From contig CAWJMB010000002.1 in assembly GCA_963843845.1 (NCBI GenBank), forward strand, positions 3,072,001 to 3,136,000: DNA of 64,000 nucleotides. The letters run 5' to 3'. The translations under genes and the position numbers were made by a program. Under the pieces are notes generated by a model. The model saw only the letters and a list, made by a program, of their open reading frames with translations, searched no databases and was not told the DNA's origin. Shown here in pieces: positions 63,121-64,000 of this stretch. The DNA is from an uncultured Gemmatimonadaceae bacterium. Its GTDB lineage: Bacteria; Gemmatimonadota; Gemmatimonadetes; Gemmatimonadales; Gemmatimonadaceae. How positions within the stretch are numbered: position 1 is the first letter of the stretch; each line of letters opens with the position of its first letter.

Positions 63121-64000
63121 TCACGACGCGCCGGTCCGCGAGAGCGCTTCCTTCACCACGCTCCCCGTCATGAACGCGAGGTTCGCCGGGCGCTCGGCGA
63201 GGCGCCGCATGAGGTAGGGGTACCACTGCGTGCCGAACGGCACGTACACGCGCACGTTCCACCCCTCGCGGACGAGCTGCTCCTGCAGGTCGCGGCGCAC
63301 GCCGTAGAGCATCTGGAACTCGAACCGCTCGGGGCCGATCCCCTCCGCCTTCGCGAATCGCTTCGCTTCGACGATGAGGGCCTCGTCGTGCGTCGCGAGG
63401 CCGGGGTAGTTGCCGTCGCGCATCAGCGTGTGCATGCAGCGCACGAAGCTCGCGTCGACGTCCTTTTTGTCGGGGAACGCGACGCTCGGCGGCTCCTTGT
63501 ACGCGCCCTTGCAGATGCGCACGCGGCAGCGTTCCTGCGCCGCGCGCTCGGCGTCGGCCTGGGTGCGGTAGAGGTAGCTCTGCAGCACGATGCCGACGTT
63601 CTCCGGGTACGTCGGGTAGAGCCGGTCATAGAACAGCGCGAGCGTGCGCTCCGTGTACGCACTCGACTCCATGTCGAGGCGCACGAAGCTGCCGTGGTCG
63701 CGGGCCCGCTGGAGCACGCCGTGAATGACCTCGACGCAGACGTCCTCGGAGACGTCCTGCCCGAGTGCCGTGAGCTTGACCGACACGTTCGCGTCGAGCT
63801 TCCGCTCGGCGATGCGGTCGAGCAGGTGCACGTACTGGCGCCCCGTATCGCGCGCCTCGTCCTCGTTCGAGACGCTCTCGCCGAGCAGGTCGAGCGAGGC
63901 GCGGATCCCCTTCGCGTTCAGGGCGACGACCGCGTCGAGCGCCCGGTCGACGGTCTCTCCCGCGACGAAGCGGGCGGCGAATTTCTTCGCGAGCCCGTTG
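63121..64000 (-). CDS. Monofunctional proline dehydrogenase, 5' end outside the window
   Basis: RFVAGE, LDLLGE, SVKLT, RLDMES, RICKGAY, ATHD, FQMLYG, VYVPFG..WYPYLMRRLAERPAN. Confidence 0.93.
   Translation of the reverse strand, partial: NGLAKKFAARFVAGETVDRALDAVVALNAKGIRASLDLLGESVSNEDEARDTGRQYVHLLDRIAERKLDANVSVKLTALGQDVSEDVCVEVIHGVLQRARDHGSFVRLDMESSAYTERTLALFYDRLYPTYPENVGIVLQSYLYRTQADAERAAQERCRVRICKGAYKEPPSVAFPDKKDVDASFVRCMHTLMRDGNYPGLATHDEALIVEAKRFAKAEGIGPERFEFQMLYGVRRDLQEQLVREGWNVRVYVPFGTQWYPYLMRRLAERPANLAFMTGSVVKEALSRTGAS

Overview
Very GC-rich (above 70% by eye) bacterial chromosome segment, most consistent with Gemmatimonadota (Gemmatirosa-like): VPS10/BNR protein, SusC/SusD pair, PEP-CTERM protein, BlaI/M56-plug pair and fused E1 alpha/beta. 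About 53 CDS; I saw no rRNA, tRNA, CRISPR array or transposase. Layout: (1) 0-9 kb: SGNH-TPR protein, NodU/CmcH carbamoyltransferase and SxtJ-like protein, with the DUF5989/SxtK-like peptide displaced to the opposite strand. (2) 7.5-29.5 kb: a LacI-controlled divergent polysaccharide utilisation locus (2 GH2, 2 GH43, SusC/SusD, Fe/2OG dioxygenase, YtfQRT-like ABC transporter, galT, galK), probably for galactofuranose-containing glycans. (3) 29.5-64 kb: mostly housekeeping genes (HNH x2, HIT, metalloproteases, 2-oxoacid dehydrogenase E1, sulfurtransferase, OsmC, rpmE2, bioF-bioA-DUF4232-bioD-bioB, pdxH, two GGDEF-EAL proteins, BlaI/M56, M1 peptidase, sirtuin, rsgA, proline dehydrogenase). Frameshifts cluster in patches and look like long-read indel errors. 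Best candidates for novelty: the SxtK-like peptide ends in FIYTVF, matching the DltX acyl-shuttle motif, which suggests an MBOAT-free carbamoyl relay; and a heptamer GTTRGGC occurs at least 31 times, always on a coding strand. All family calls are from motif recognition; no searches were run.
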